A stretch of DNA of 23,413 bases, taken from a virus (lineage: Duplodnaviria; Heunggongvirae; Uroviricota; Caudoviricetes). The notes under the pieces are model-generated. The model did no database searches. It saw nothing but the letters and a program-made list of their open reading frames with translations, and was not told the DNA's origin. The DNA lies in IMG/VR virus record IMGVR_UViG_2740892229_000010; one strand, 5' to 3'. How positions within the stretch are numbered: the first letter of the stretch is position 1; every line of letters starts with the position of its first letter. A program made the translations under genes and the position numbers. Positions 1 to 7,386 of this stretch are shown in pieces.

Positions 1-90
1 GCGCTGACGCTGACGGATGTTACAAAAAATGCAGCGTATGGCGTTGAGATAGAAAGTCTGGTGCTGGAGATAAATGCACCGGCAGCATAA
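1..90 (+). CDS. 3' end of an unidentified upstream gene, truncated by the window start
   Basis: Open frame from position 1 to TAA at 88-90 (…YGVEIESLVLEINAPAA*). Only 29 codons visible, too short for the ORF track; the frame was chosen by eye. Its position upstream of the late leader is compatible with a Q-like antiterminator C-terminus, but I do not recognise the sequence. Confidence 0.2.
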   Translation, partial: ALTLTDVTKNAAYGVEIESLVLEINAPAA

Positions 91-132
91 TAAAAAAAGA
101 GCCAGCGACTGACCTGAAAGAAGACGCTGGCT
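91..132 (-). terminator. Putative intrinsic terminator, minus-strand orientation
   Basis: 8-bp stem agccagcg/cgctggct at 100-132 with a 17-nt loop; a run of seven A at 92-98 on the + strand gives a T-run after the hairpin on the - strand. No T-run follows on the + strand. Confidence 0.3.
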
Positions 133-600
133 AAAAGGCCTTATATGTTTGTAGAGACTTATTTTTCACAGACAGCAATGATGCCTGTCAATATATTATC
201 AATATGCGGATTGTTTCAGTTACAGATGCTTTATTAAGGAAAAAAACAGCCAGCACTGACTTTCGGTGGAGAGGTGCTGGCTCAGAAGGATAGTTGGATT
301 TCACATGATACTTATGCCTGGCGGTATATTTTCTGACAGACAGTGACGGGTGTTGTCAAGATATTGTGTCATTTATAACCTGAATCAGGGGAGGCCGGAA
401 TGTTATCTGGNNNNNNNNNNTCCACTCTGAAGGACGCTGGCTAAAACGGGTAGATGTACTTCACATGATACTTATATTTGGCAGTACATTTTCTGACAGA
501 CAGTGACGGATGTTGTCAAGATATTGTGTCATTTATAACCTGAATCAGGGGTTGGTCGGAATGTTATCTGGCATTTTTAGCAGAGCCTGAATGCCATAAT
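97..600. repeat. Diverged repeat units of about 150 bp, each with a stem-loop and a conserved downstream block
   Basis: Unit A (about 97-240) and unit B (about 241-410) are adjacent with no N run between them and share a hairpin plus a block like 'ttctgacagacagtgacgg.tgttgtcaagatattgtgtcatttataacc'. Unit C (421-600) follows the N run at 411-420 and is near-identical to B, so it is probably the allelic copy rather than a third tandem unit. Confidence 0.5.
238..283 (-). terminator. Putative intrinsic terminator, minus-strand orientation (second repeat unit)
   Basis: 9-bp stem agccagcac/gtgctggct at 249-283, preceded on the + strand by an A-run at 238-245. The stem differs from unit A by compensatory changes that keep pairing. 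Confidence 0.3.
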
Positions 601-617
601 CACGGCTCCCGGAGTTG

Positions 618-654
618 GCCGTCAGTGGGTGACACTGGCGGCTTTTTGTTTTCC
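618..654 (+). terminator. Rho-independent terminator in the late leader upstream of the holin (tR'-like)
   Basis: 10-bp stem gccgtcagtg/cactggcggc (one G-U pair), 5-nt loop ggtga, then tttttgttttcc. It lies 44 bp upstream of the holin ATG, the position tR' occupies in lambda. Confidence 0.55.
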
Positions 655-697
655 TTTACTTTCATTTTCTGTCGGCGGTGACGGAGACATACATCAG

Positions 698-904
698 ATG
701 GAAAAAATCACAACGGGTGTGTCATACACCACGTCAGCGGTGGGGACGGGATACTGGTTACTGCAGCTGCTGGACAAAGTCTCTCCGTCCCAGTGGGTGG
801 CAATAGGTGTGCTGGGAAGTCTGCTGTTTGGCCTGCTGACGTATCTGACTAACCTGTATTTCAAAATCAGAGAGGACCGTCGTAAGGTGGCGCGGGGAGA
901 GTAG
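698..904 (+). CDS. S: Class II holin, phage-21-type pinholin
   Basis: 68 aa from ATG 698 ([68 protein letters not shown]). Closely matches the S21 pinholin as I recall it, including the [21 protein letters not shown] tail; two hydrophobic segments; GGAGA about 10 nt upstream. The ORF track's 629 start is an upstream extension across the terminator. Confidence 0.85.
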   Translation: MEKITTGVSYTTSAVGTGYWLLQLLDKVSPSQWVAIGVLGSLLFGLLTYLTNLYFKIREDRRKVARGE

Positions 905-950
905 TCGATGAATAAACAATACGAACTGGTTGTAAAATGANNNNNNNNNN

Positions 951-999
951 TTATTTCAAGATTAAAGAAGATAAGCGTAAGGTGGCGCGGGGAGAGTAG
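951..999 (+). other. Allelic second copy of the holin 3' end after an N run
   Basis: Following N 941-950 the sequence restarts inside the holin tail and encodes …YFKIKEDKRKVARGE* against …[15 protein letters not shown] in the first copy. The R-to-K changes are conservative, as expected for a paralogous allele rather than sequencing error. Confidence 0.6.
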
Positions 1000-1254
1000 T
1001 CGATGAATAAACAATACGAACTGGTTGTAAAATGAATATTTCTAACTGAAAAAACGTTCCATGAGGTAAGAAAAGGTCACAGGCAATCAATAACAGGACG
1101 TGATGAAAGACCCTTGCATTTGTGCGCTTTCTCTTTAGATAGCAGCAGATACTGAAAATCTGAGTTGTCGGGGAGTCAGGGATACAGCTGTGCAAGAGTT
1201 GGTCATTGTGATTCCATTGAAATCCTGTATGCCATGAAGGGCAGGATTTTATGG

Positions 1255-1569
1255 CTACCTGAGCTTTGGTGATAGTAAGTTGAAAATTCGCATTTTTTGC
1301 TGACATGCGTAACGAGAATCCCATAAGCAGGGAGGACTTAATTCTTCATTAACCCATGCGTTGATATTATGTTTCAGCCGTTGAAGCATCAGCGGTGTTA
1401 ATGTTGTGGTAATAATATCCAGCGTTTTATGTGAGATCTTACCGTAAGGGTCTGCAAGAATGCTGCTTGTTGCTTCGTTATTATCTGCCATCAGAAGAAG
1501 TAACTCTGATTTAACGTTTTCTGTCATTAGTTGTAAAAATCTTCTGCGCAAACTTTCTTTACTGTTCAT
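1255..1569 (-). CDS. Hypothetical protein on the opposite strand inside an AT-rich insertion between holin and endolysin
   Basis: 104-codon ORF antisense to the lysis operon in a region (about 1021-1686) visibly more AT-rich than the flanking phage genes. No recognisable motif and no strong SD at any of the candidate starts (1569, 1524, 1488). Confidence 0.3.
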   Translation of the reverse strand: MNSKESLRRRFLQLMTENVKSELLLLMADNNEATSSILADPYGKISHKTLDIITTTLTPLMLQRLKHNINAWVNEELSPPCLWDSRYACQQKMRIFNLLSPKLR

Positions 1570-1686
1570 TTATATGGCTTCATTTGTTGTAATCTGCTGC
1601 GTCTCAAGGGATATGTTTATGAGAGCGACCATGAGTGTTGGATTATATACCTAACATATCAAGGGATTAGAAATCGATAAATCCCC

Positions 1687-2204
1687 ATGAACGAAAAAAT
1701 AAAATACGGCCTGTCGGCTGCCGTTCTGGCGCTGATTGGTGCAGGTGCTTCTGCGCCTGAAATCCTCGACCAGTTTCTGGATGAAAAGGAAGGTAACCAC
1801 NNNNNNNNNNGATCTGGACCATCTGCCGTGGTGCCATTCTGGTGGATGGTAAGCCTGTTATTCCTGGCATGAAGCTGTCAAAGGAAAAATGCGACCGGGT
1901 TAATGCCATCGAACGTGACAAGGCTCTGGCATGGGTGGAGAAAAACATCCGGGTGCCGCTGACCGAACCCCAGAAAGCGGGGATCGCGTCATTCTGTCCG
2001 TACAACATTGGCCCCGGTAAGTGCTTCCCGTCGACGTTTTATAAACGAATTAATGCAGGCGATCGAAAAGATGCCTGTGAGGCGATTCGCTGGTGGATTA
2101 AGGACGGTGGCAGAGACTGCCGTATCCGTTCAAATAATTGCTACGGTCAGGTCTCACGGCGTGACCAGGAGAGCGCGCTGGCGTGCTGGGACATCGACAG
2201 ATAG
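1687..2204 (+). CDS. R: SAR endolysin (phage lysozyme, 933W R-like), interrupted by an N run
   Basis: N-terminus MNEKIKYGLSAAVLALIGAGASAPEILDQFLDEKEGNH has the weakly hydrophobic signal-anchor-release segment. After N 1801-1810 the ORF 1842-2204 continues …DGKPVIPGMKLSKEKCDRVNAIERDKALAWVEKN…RRDQESALACWDIDR, matching the 933W-type lysozyme as recalled. The apparent frame change at the N run is an assembly effect. Confidence 0.85.
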
Positions 2205-2294
2205 CAGAATATTTTCCTGAAAAATGACGTTGGCCAACGCGGGTGGATAACACGAAATCCTGAAAACTGGTAAAACCTAAGTGAATAAAAGTAA

Positions 2295-2334
2295 AAACCC
2301 CGTTTGTTGGCAGCAAGCGGGGTTTTGTGTTTTC
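2295..2334 (+). terminator. Rho-independent terminator between endolysin and spanin genes
   Basis: Stem ccccgtttg/caagcgggg extended by aaa/ttt, 7-nt loop, then ttttgtgttttc. Confidence 0.5.
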
Positions 2335-2424
2335 TGACCTTGAGTAAGGCAAGGGAGAAATTATGGGTAGGGAGGTACTTTCCCTGTGAGGAAGTATAAA
2401 AGATTCTTTCTGAGGTTGTCCATT

Positions 2425-2538
2425 ATGAAAGGCATTGAAGTGGAGACGCCAGCCAGTCTGGATTTAACAAGAGCGGCAGCTTTTGCCATTCGTATTGTGG
2501 CCATTGCTGTTCTGGTCTGGGCAATCCGTTGGTGGTGA
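2425..2538 (+). CDS. Small hydrophobic ORF (37 aa) coupled to the Rz start
   Basis: ATG 2425 with GAGG 9 nt upstream; MKGIEVETPASLDLTRAAAFAIRIVAIAVLVWAIRWW; stop TGA 2536-2538 sits 1 nt before the Rz ATG (tgATATG). Below the ORF-track length cutoff. One predicted TM helix. Confidence 0.3.
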   Translation: MKGIEVETPASLDLTRAAAFAIRIVAIAVLVWAIRWW

Positions 2539-2539
2539 T

Positions 2540-3172
2540 ATGAACCGTGTTCTGTGCGTGGTTATCATTGTCCTGCTGGTGGCCTGTGGTGCGCTTAGTC
2601 TGGGGCTGAATCATTACCGTGATCACGCCATCATCTACAAAGAGCAGCGCGATAAAAAAGCCAGTGAGCTGGAGCTGGCGAACGCGACAATTACTGATAT
2701 GCAGATACGCCAGCGTGATGTCGCTGCACTTGATGCCAGATACTCGAGGGAATTAGCCGATGCGAGAGCTGAAAATGAAACTNNNNNNNNNNTCATCACC
2801 TACAAAGCGCAGCGCGATAAAAAAGCCAGAGAGCTGGAGCTGGCAAACGCAACCATTACTGATATGCAGGTGCGCCAGCGCGATGTTGCTGCGCTCGATG
2901 CAAAATACTCGAGGGAATTAGCCGATGCGAGAGCTGAAAATGAAACTCTGCGTGCTGATGTTGCCGCTGGTCGTAAGCGCCTGCGGATCAACGCCACCTG
3001 CTCCGGTACCGTGCGTGAAGCCACCGGCACCTCCGGCGTGGATAATGCAACCGGCCCCCGACTGGCAGACACCGCTGAACGGGATTATTTCATCCTCAGA
3101 GAACGGCTGATGGCAATGCAGAAGCAACTGGAAGGAGCACAGGAATATATCCGTACCCAGTGTATACCGTGA
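2540..3172 (+). CDS. Rz: Rz inner-membrane spanin (i-spanin), composite across an N run
   Basis: From ATG 2540: [41 protein letters not shown]…[35 protein letters not shown], matching lambda Rz as recalled. The N run at 2783-2792 is followed by an allelic repeat of the preceding 50 codons, so the true protein is about 150 aa, not the 210 implied by the coordinates. Confidence 0.8.
   Translation: MNRVLCVVIIVLLVACGALSLGLNHYRDHAIIYKEQRDKKASELELANATITDMQIRQRDVAALDARYSRELADARAENETXXXXITYKAQRDKKARELELANATITDMQVRQRDVAALDAKYSRELADARAENETLRADVAAGRKRLRINATCSGTVREATGTSGVDNATGPRLADTAERDYFILRERLMAMQKQLEGAQEYIRTQCIP
2940..3110 (+). CDS. Rz1: Rz1 outer-membrane lipoprotein spanin (o-spanin), embedded in Rz in the +1 frame
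   Basis: [56 protein letters not shown]: lipobox LVVSAC and a proline-rich mature part matching lambda Rz1. Lies wholly inside Rz in a different frame. An alternative ATG at 2925 is in frame. Confidence 0.75.
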   Translation: MKLCVLMLPLVVSACGSTPPAPVPCVKPPAPPAWIMQPAPDWQTPLNGIISSSENG

Positions 3173-3635
3173 TGTTTTGTTATGAAGGTGTTACTGGTAA
3201 CGTTAAGGTAATTTAACAAAGAGTCAGTTCCGGACTTTATAGTGTGCTCAGTTCATGGCCAAAAACGATTTCTGTGATAAATATTTTGAATATTATTTAC
3301 AGGTAAATGGAGTGGGGCGCATGGATAGAAATATTACAATAGAGTATGAAGTATATGCCCGTATTGTATGGGCAGAGAAGGCAAAAACATGGTAATTCCG
3401 TGTGTTGCCATGATACCTGATTGGCAGAATTGTTGTTTGGTTTTGAGTATATAGTCAGCGTCTTTTGTTCGGTAATTGCTCTTTCAATTAAAATGCCAGA
3501 TATGATTTGCTTTTCTTTGTTGTTTAGTTTTTTTGTATATTATTTTTATTGTTTTTATATAATTAGTTTTTTATTGTTGTCTTATTAAGGACGGTAAATT
3601 CAGGATGGCAGTCTGTAGATAAACGGAGGTTACTT

Positions 3636-3950
3636 ATGCTACATGATCACCTGGCAGAATGTCTGGAGAAAAAAGGACTGTACCGGAGAGCAGCTGAACG
3701 ATGGGCAAAAGTGATGGTACAGCTAAGTGATGACCAGAAAAGAAAAGTGGCGGCACAGAAACGAGCAGAGTGTTTGCGTAAGGCGCGCCGGACTCCGGTT
3801 TCACCGGTGAACCTGACCGAAATAAAACAAGCGGTCAACAGACTACATTCTGAGTTGGGAATGGGATTTGAAGAGCGGCGGGTATTCCGACGATATAAAG
3901 GGACAGGAGAACAGAATACGTCCGGAAACGCGCGGTCAAAAAAATGCTAA
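3636..3950 (+). CDS. PerC-family transcriptional regulator (Pch-like)
   Basis: 104 aa with strong SD (ggagg) 7 nt upstream. The N-terminal motif KGLYRRAAERWAKVM resembles the PerC/Pch signature (GxYRRAAxRWLxVM, from memory). Preceded by about 450 bp of strongly AT-rich DNA (3181-3635). Confidence 0.6.
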   Translation: MLHDHLAECLEKKGLYRRAAERWAKVMVQLSDDQKRKVAAQKRAECLRKARRTPVSPVNLTEIKQAVNRLHSELGMGFEERRVFRRYKGTGEQNTSGNARSKKC

Positions 3951-3985
3951 AAAATATCTGAGAGCGTTATTGCCTGTTACCATAA

Positions 3986-4014
3986 GAAAAAGCGACTTTA
4001 GTGGTCGCTTTTTG
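3986..4014. terminator. Bidirectional intrinsic terminator between convergent genes
   Basis: Stem gcgac/gtcgc with an A-run on the 5' side and a T-run on the 3' side (aaaaagcgac-tttagtg-gtcgcttttt), between the PerC-like gene (+) and the YlcI-like gene (-). Confidence 0.5.
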
Positions 4015-4031
4015 TGTCATATATAAGTCGT

Positions 4032-4256
4032 TTAAGTAAACCTGTCTGAACAGGTTCTCTGGTCGTGTTTGTCTTTGTTGGGTACAAATTGAGAATATTT
4101 TTCATTAATTAATCTTCTTCTGCAGGCTTCAATAACCCACGCTGAAAAATTTTCTGAACCTTTCTGGTCAAGAGCGATGTTAATTTGTTCAATCATCTGG
4201 TTTGGAAATCGGATGTTGCGGGTTGTTGTTCTGCGGGGCCGGTTTTTCGATGACAT
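4032..4256 (-). CDS. Small YlcI/YnfO-like prophage protein (DUF3950-like)
   Basis: 74 aa, MSSKNRPRRTTTRNIRFPNQMIEQINIALDQKGSENFSAWVIEACRRRL…; resembles the small proteins found next to the terminase remnant in E. coli cryptic prophages, recalled from memory with moderate certainty. Confidence 0.45.
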   Translation of the reverse strand: MSSKNRPRRTTTRNIRFPNQMIEQINIALDQKGSENFSAWVIEACRRRLINEKYSQFVPNKDKHDQRTCSDRFT

Positions 4257-4279
4257 TTTCTTTCCTCTGNNNNNNNNNN

Positions 4280-4384
4280 ACCTGAACCTTTCAGGTCAAG
4301 AGCGATGTTAATTTGTTCAATTATCTGGTTTGGAAATCGGATGTTGCGGGTTGTTGTTCTGCGGGTTCTGTTCTTTGATGACAT
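4280..4384 (-). CDS. Allelic second copy of the YlcI-like gene 5' part, truncated by an N run
   Basis: MSSKNRTRRTTTRNIRFPNQIIEQINIALDLKGSG… starting at 4384 and ending at the N run 4270-4279; differs from the 4032-4256 copy by a few substitutions. Confidence 0.4.
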
Positions 4385-4591
4385 AATGTTGCCCCGTATT
4401 CAGTGTTGCTGATTTGTATTATCTGAAGTTGCTTTTACGCTAATTTGATGCAGATCAATTAATACGATACCTGCGTAATAATTGATTATTTCTCGTGGTT
4501 TGATGGCGTACACACATGTCGTGATAAACCTCATGTAGATGATAATTATTATCATTTTCGTGGGTCCTTTCCGGCGATCCGACAGGTTACG

Positions 4592-4603
4592 GGGCGGCGA
4601 CCT
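4592..4603. other. cosN, the 12-nt cohesive-end sequence GGGCGGCGACCT
   Basis: gacaggttacg|GGGCGGCGACCT|cgcgggttttcgctatttatgaaaattttccgg matches the lambda right-end/left-end junction as I recall it, including the first 33 nt to the right of cosN. Confidence 0.8.
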
Positions 4604-4629
4604 CGCGGGTTTTCGCTATTTATGAAAAT

Positions 4630-4745
4630 TTTCCGGGATCCATGTCCGGTTTCTCTTCAAGTTAACTATATGAAAAATATAAAAACAGGTCTTCTGTGAA
4701 CCGGACATGAACAAAAAACAGACATGTAAACCGGACATGACCGGT
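4630..4745 (+). promoter_or_regulatory. cosB-like terminase-binding region: three CCGGACATG repeats and an AT-rich IHF-like spacer
   Basis: Inverted copy catgtccgg at 4641-4649, direct copies ccggacatg at 4701-4709 and 4731-4739 (plus gacatg at 4721-4726), with an AT-rich stretch at 4655-4690 between the first and second. The layout parallels lambda R3-I1-R2-R1, but the repeat sequence is not lambda's. Confidence 0.55.
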
Positions 4746-4786
4746 TTTGTTGTGATTGTGAGGTGAGAGTTTTTGCGAGGTGAGGA

Positions 4787-5296
4787 GTGGCTACGCAGAC
4801 TGAAGTTGCCAGGCATTTAAGTCTGACCGATCGCCAGCTTCGCAGATTGCAGAAATTGCCGGGTGCCCCGATATCGAATAAGCGAGGGCAACTGGATCTG
4901 GATGCCTGGCGCGATTTTTACATATCGTATCTGAGGAGAAGTAAAAACGATGTGCCTGATGGCGATAGCGAAGACGACTATGAGGAGAAATTGCTTATTG
5001 CCAGATGGGAACTGACAGCAGAACAGGCTGTTACACAGCAGTTAAAAAATGAGGTGTCAAAAGGAAAACTTATTGACACCGGGTTCTGTATTTTTGCCCT
5101 CAGTAAGCTGGCAATGGCGTTATCCAGTACGCTTGATTCCATCCCTTTATCCATGCAGCGACAGTTTCCTGATTTAACACCGCGCCATCTTGACCATCTG
5201 AAAACCCTTATTGCTAAGGGGGCAAATCAGTGTGCGCGGGCAGGGGATAAATTACCGGATTTACTCGATGAATATATCAGAGCAACAACTGAATAA
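4787..5296 (+). CDS. Nu1: Terminase small subunit (Nu1-like)
   Basis: GTG start at 4787 with GAGGTGAGGAG upstream. The C-terminal half (…TGFCIFALSKLAMALSSTLDSIPLSMQRQFPDLTPRHLDHLKTLIAKG…LPDLLDEYI) aligns with lambda Nu1; the N-terminal DNA-binding part is diverged, which fits the different cosB repeats. Overlaps the start of A. Confidence 0.85.
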   Translation: MATQTEVARHLSLTDRQLRRLQKLPGAPISNKRGQLDLDAWRDFYISYLRRSKNDVPDGDSEDDYEEKLLIARWELTAEQAVTQQLKNEVSKGKLIDTGFCIFALSKLAMALSSTLDSIPLSMQRQFPDLTPRHLDHLKTLIAKGANQCARAGDKLPDLLDEYIRATTE

Positions 5297-7196
5297 TATG
5301 ATGGCTGCCGTTTCGGTTGCGCTGCAGCCTCTGGTCAGGGTTGTACCAATGACGGCAGTTGAATGGGCTGATCAAAATTATTATCTGCCTAAAGAATCTT
5401 CATATGGTGAGGGAGAATGGAAAACGCTGCCATTCCAGATCGCCATTATGAACTGTATGGGTAACGACCAGGTTCGCACGGTTAACCTGATTAAATCTGC
5501 CCGTGTTGGCTATACAAAGATGTTGCTGGGGGTGGTCGGGTATTTTATTGAGCATAAATCCCGAAACAGTCTGCTTTTTCAGCCCACGGATTCTGCCGCT
5601 GAAGATTTTATGAAGTCTCACGTGGAGGCGACGATTCGGAACGTGCCATGCCTGAAAGACCTTTCCCCATGGCTGGGTCGTAAACATCGTGACAATACTC
5701 TCACGCTGAAACGCTTTTCATCGGGCGTCGGTTTCTGGTGCCTGGGCGGCGCTGCCGCCAAAAACTACCGTGAAAAATCCGTGGACGTGGTCTGCTATGA
5801 CGAACTTTCCTCGTTCGAGCCGGATGTCGAAAAAGAGGGCTCGCCAACCCTGCTGGGGGATAAGCGTATTGAGGGGTCGGTGTGGCCAAAATCCATTCGC
5901 GGCTCGACGCCTAAAATCAAAGGCACCTGCCAGATCGAAAAAGCCGCTAACGAGTCGGCGCATTTTATGCGTTTTTATGTGCCCTGCCCGCACTGTGGGG
6001 AGGCGCAGTATCTGAAATTTGGCGATGAGTCCACGCCTTTTGGGCTTAAATGGGAGAAGGACAGCCCCGAAAGTGTTTTCTACCTCTGTGAACATCATGG
6101 CTGCGTGATCCATAAGTCTGAACTGGACCAGAGCAACGGGCGGTGGATCTGTGAAAACACGGGCATGTGGACCCGTGACGGTCTGACGTTTTTCAGCGCC
6201 CGGGGTGATGAAATTCCGCCGCCGCGCTCCATCACGTTCCATATCTGGACGGCGTACAGTCCGTTCACCACCTGGGTACAGATTGTCTATGACTGGCTGG
6301 ATGCACTGAAAGATCCCAACGGCCTGAAAACCTTTGTGAACACCACGCTGGGCGAGACCTGGGAAGAGGCCGTGGGCGAAAAACTCGATCACCAGGTACT
6401 GATGGATAAGGTGGTGCGTTACACGGCGGCGGTGCCTGCCCGGGTGGTTTATCTGACGGCGGGCATTGACTCGCAGCGAAACCGTTTTGAGATGTATGTC
6501 TGGGGATGGGCACCGGGAGAGGAAGCCTTTCTGGTGGATAAAATCATCATTATGGGGCGTCCCGATGAGGAAGAGACGCTGTTACGTGTGGATGCTGCGA
6601 TCAACAAAAAATACCGCCATGCGGATGGCACCGAAATGACCATTTCCCGTGTCTGCTGGGACACCGGGGGAATCGATGGTGAAATTGTTTATCAGAGATC
6701 AAAAAAACACGGTGTTTTCCGGGTGCTGCCGGTAAAGGGCGCGTCTGTCTATGGCAAGCCGGTGATCACCATGCCGAAAACCCGCAATCAGCGGGGCGTG
6801 TATCTGTGTGAAGTGGGGACGGACACCGCAAAAGAAATTCTCTATGCCCGTATGAAAGCCGATCCCACTCCTGCGGATGAAGCCACGTCGTATGCCATCC
6901 GTTTTCCTGATGATCCGGAGATTTTTTCGCAGACAGAGGCGCAGCAACTGGTCGCGGAAGAGCTTGTGGAGAAGTGGGAAAAAGGAAAGATGCGTCTGCT
7001 GTGGGATAACAAAAAGCGGCGTAACGAAGCGCTGGACTGCCTGGTGTATGCCTACGCGGCATTACGTGTGTCCGTGCAACGCTGGCAGCTTGATCTGGCT
7101 GTACTGGCAAAATCCCGGGAAGAAGAGACGACCCGGCCAACCCTGAAAGAACTGGCAGCGAAGCTGTCCGGAGGAGTGAATGGTTACAGTCGCTGA
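5268..7196 (+). CDS. A: Terminase large subunit (gpA-like)
   Basis: From ATG 5268 (MNISEQQLNN…): a long collinear match to lambda gpA, for example TAVEWADQNYYLPKESSYGEGEWKTLPFQ, KNYREKSVDVVCYDELSSF, FHIWTAYSPFTTWVQIV, KKRRNEALDC. The ORF track's 5211 start is an upstream TTG extension. Confidence 0.95.
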   Translation: MNISEQQLNNMMAAVSVALQPLVRVVPMTAVEWADQNYYLPKESSYGEGEWKTLPFQIAIMNCMGNDQVRTVNLIKSARVGYTKMLLGVVGYFIEHKSRNSLLFQPTDSAAEDFMKSHVEATIRNVPCLKDLSPWLGRKHRDNTLTLKRFSSGVGFWCLGGAAAKNYREKSVDVVCYDELSSFEPDVEKEGSPTLLGDKRIEGSVWPKSIRGSTPKIKGTCQIEKAANESAHFMRFYVPCPHCGEAQYLKFGDESTPFGLKWEKDSPESVFYLCEHHGCVIHKSELDQSNGRWICENTGMWTRDGLTFFSARGDEIPPPRSITFHIWTAYSPFTTWVQIVYDWLDALKDPNGLKTFVNTTLGETWEEAVGEKLDHQVLMDKVVRYTAAVPARVVYLTAGIDSQRNRFEMYVWGWAPGEEAFLVDKIIIMGRPDEEETLLRVDAAINKKYRHADGTEMTISRVCWDTGGIDGEIVYQRSKKHGVFRVLPVKGASVYGKPVITMPKTRNQRGVYLCEVGTDTAKEILYARMKADPTPADEATSYAIRFPDDPEIFSQTEAQQLVAEELVEKWEKGKMRLLWDNKKRRNEALDCLVYAYAALRVSVQRWQLDLAVLAKSREEETTRPTLKELAAKLSGGVNGYSR

Positions 7197-7386
7197 ACTA
7201 CAGGCGCTACGTCAGGCGCGCCTTGATTTATTAACCGGTAAACGGGTGGTGTCTGTCCAGAAAGATGGTCGCAGAATTGAATATACGGCGGCTTCTCTGG
7301 ATGAGCTTAACCGGGCGATCAATGATGCGGAGTCGGTACTGGGGACAACCCGGCGTCGCCGTCGTCCGCTGGGAGTGAGGTTATGA
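7180..7386 (+). CDS. W: Head-tail joining protein W
   Basis: 68 aa; LTGKRVVSVQKDGRRIEYTAASLDEL…RRRRRPLG matches lambda gpW. Overlaps the A stop and the portal start. Confidence 0.85.
   Translation: MVTVAELQALRQARLDLLTGKRVVSVQKDGRRIEYTAASLDELNRAINDAESVLGTTRRRRRPLGVRL

Noticed and set aside
629-697. N-terminal extension of the holin ORF to ATG 629 (91 aa)
   Set aside because: The extension runs through the tR'-like terminator hairpin, lacks an SD, and has no counterpart in S21-type holins; the homologous start with an SD is ATG 698.
1-700. Search for Shiga toxin genes or tRNA genes between the late promoter region and the holin
   Set aside because: No ORF of suitable size for stxA or stxB and no cloverleaf-compatible 75-90 nt segment was seen; the region holds only the hairpin repeat units.
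2483-2539. Upstream ATG 2483 as the Rz start
   Set aside because: Similarity to lambda Rz begins at MNRV… (ATG 2540), and 2483 lies inside the small coupled upstream ORF in another frame.
3321-3395. 24-codon ORF (MDRNITIEYEVYARIVWAEKAKTW) in the AT-rich region upstream of the PerC-like gene
   Set aside because: Very short, inside a probable promoter region, with nothing beyond an ATG and a weak purine-rich upstream stretch.
5718-6392. 224-codon antisense ORF inside the terminase large subunit gene
   Set aside because: The + strand here encodes a near-collinear gpA homologue. Long antisense ORFs are common in GC-rich coding DNA and this one has no recognisable motif or start context.
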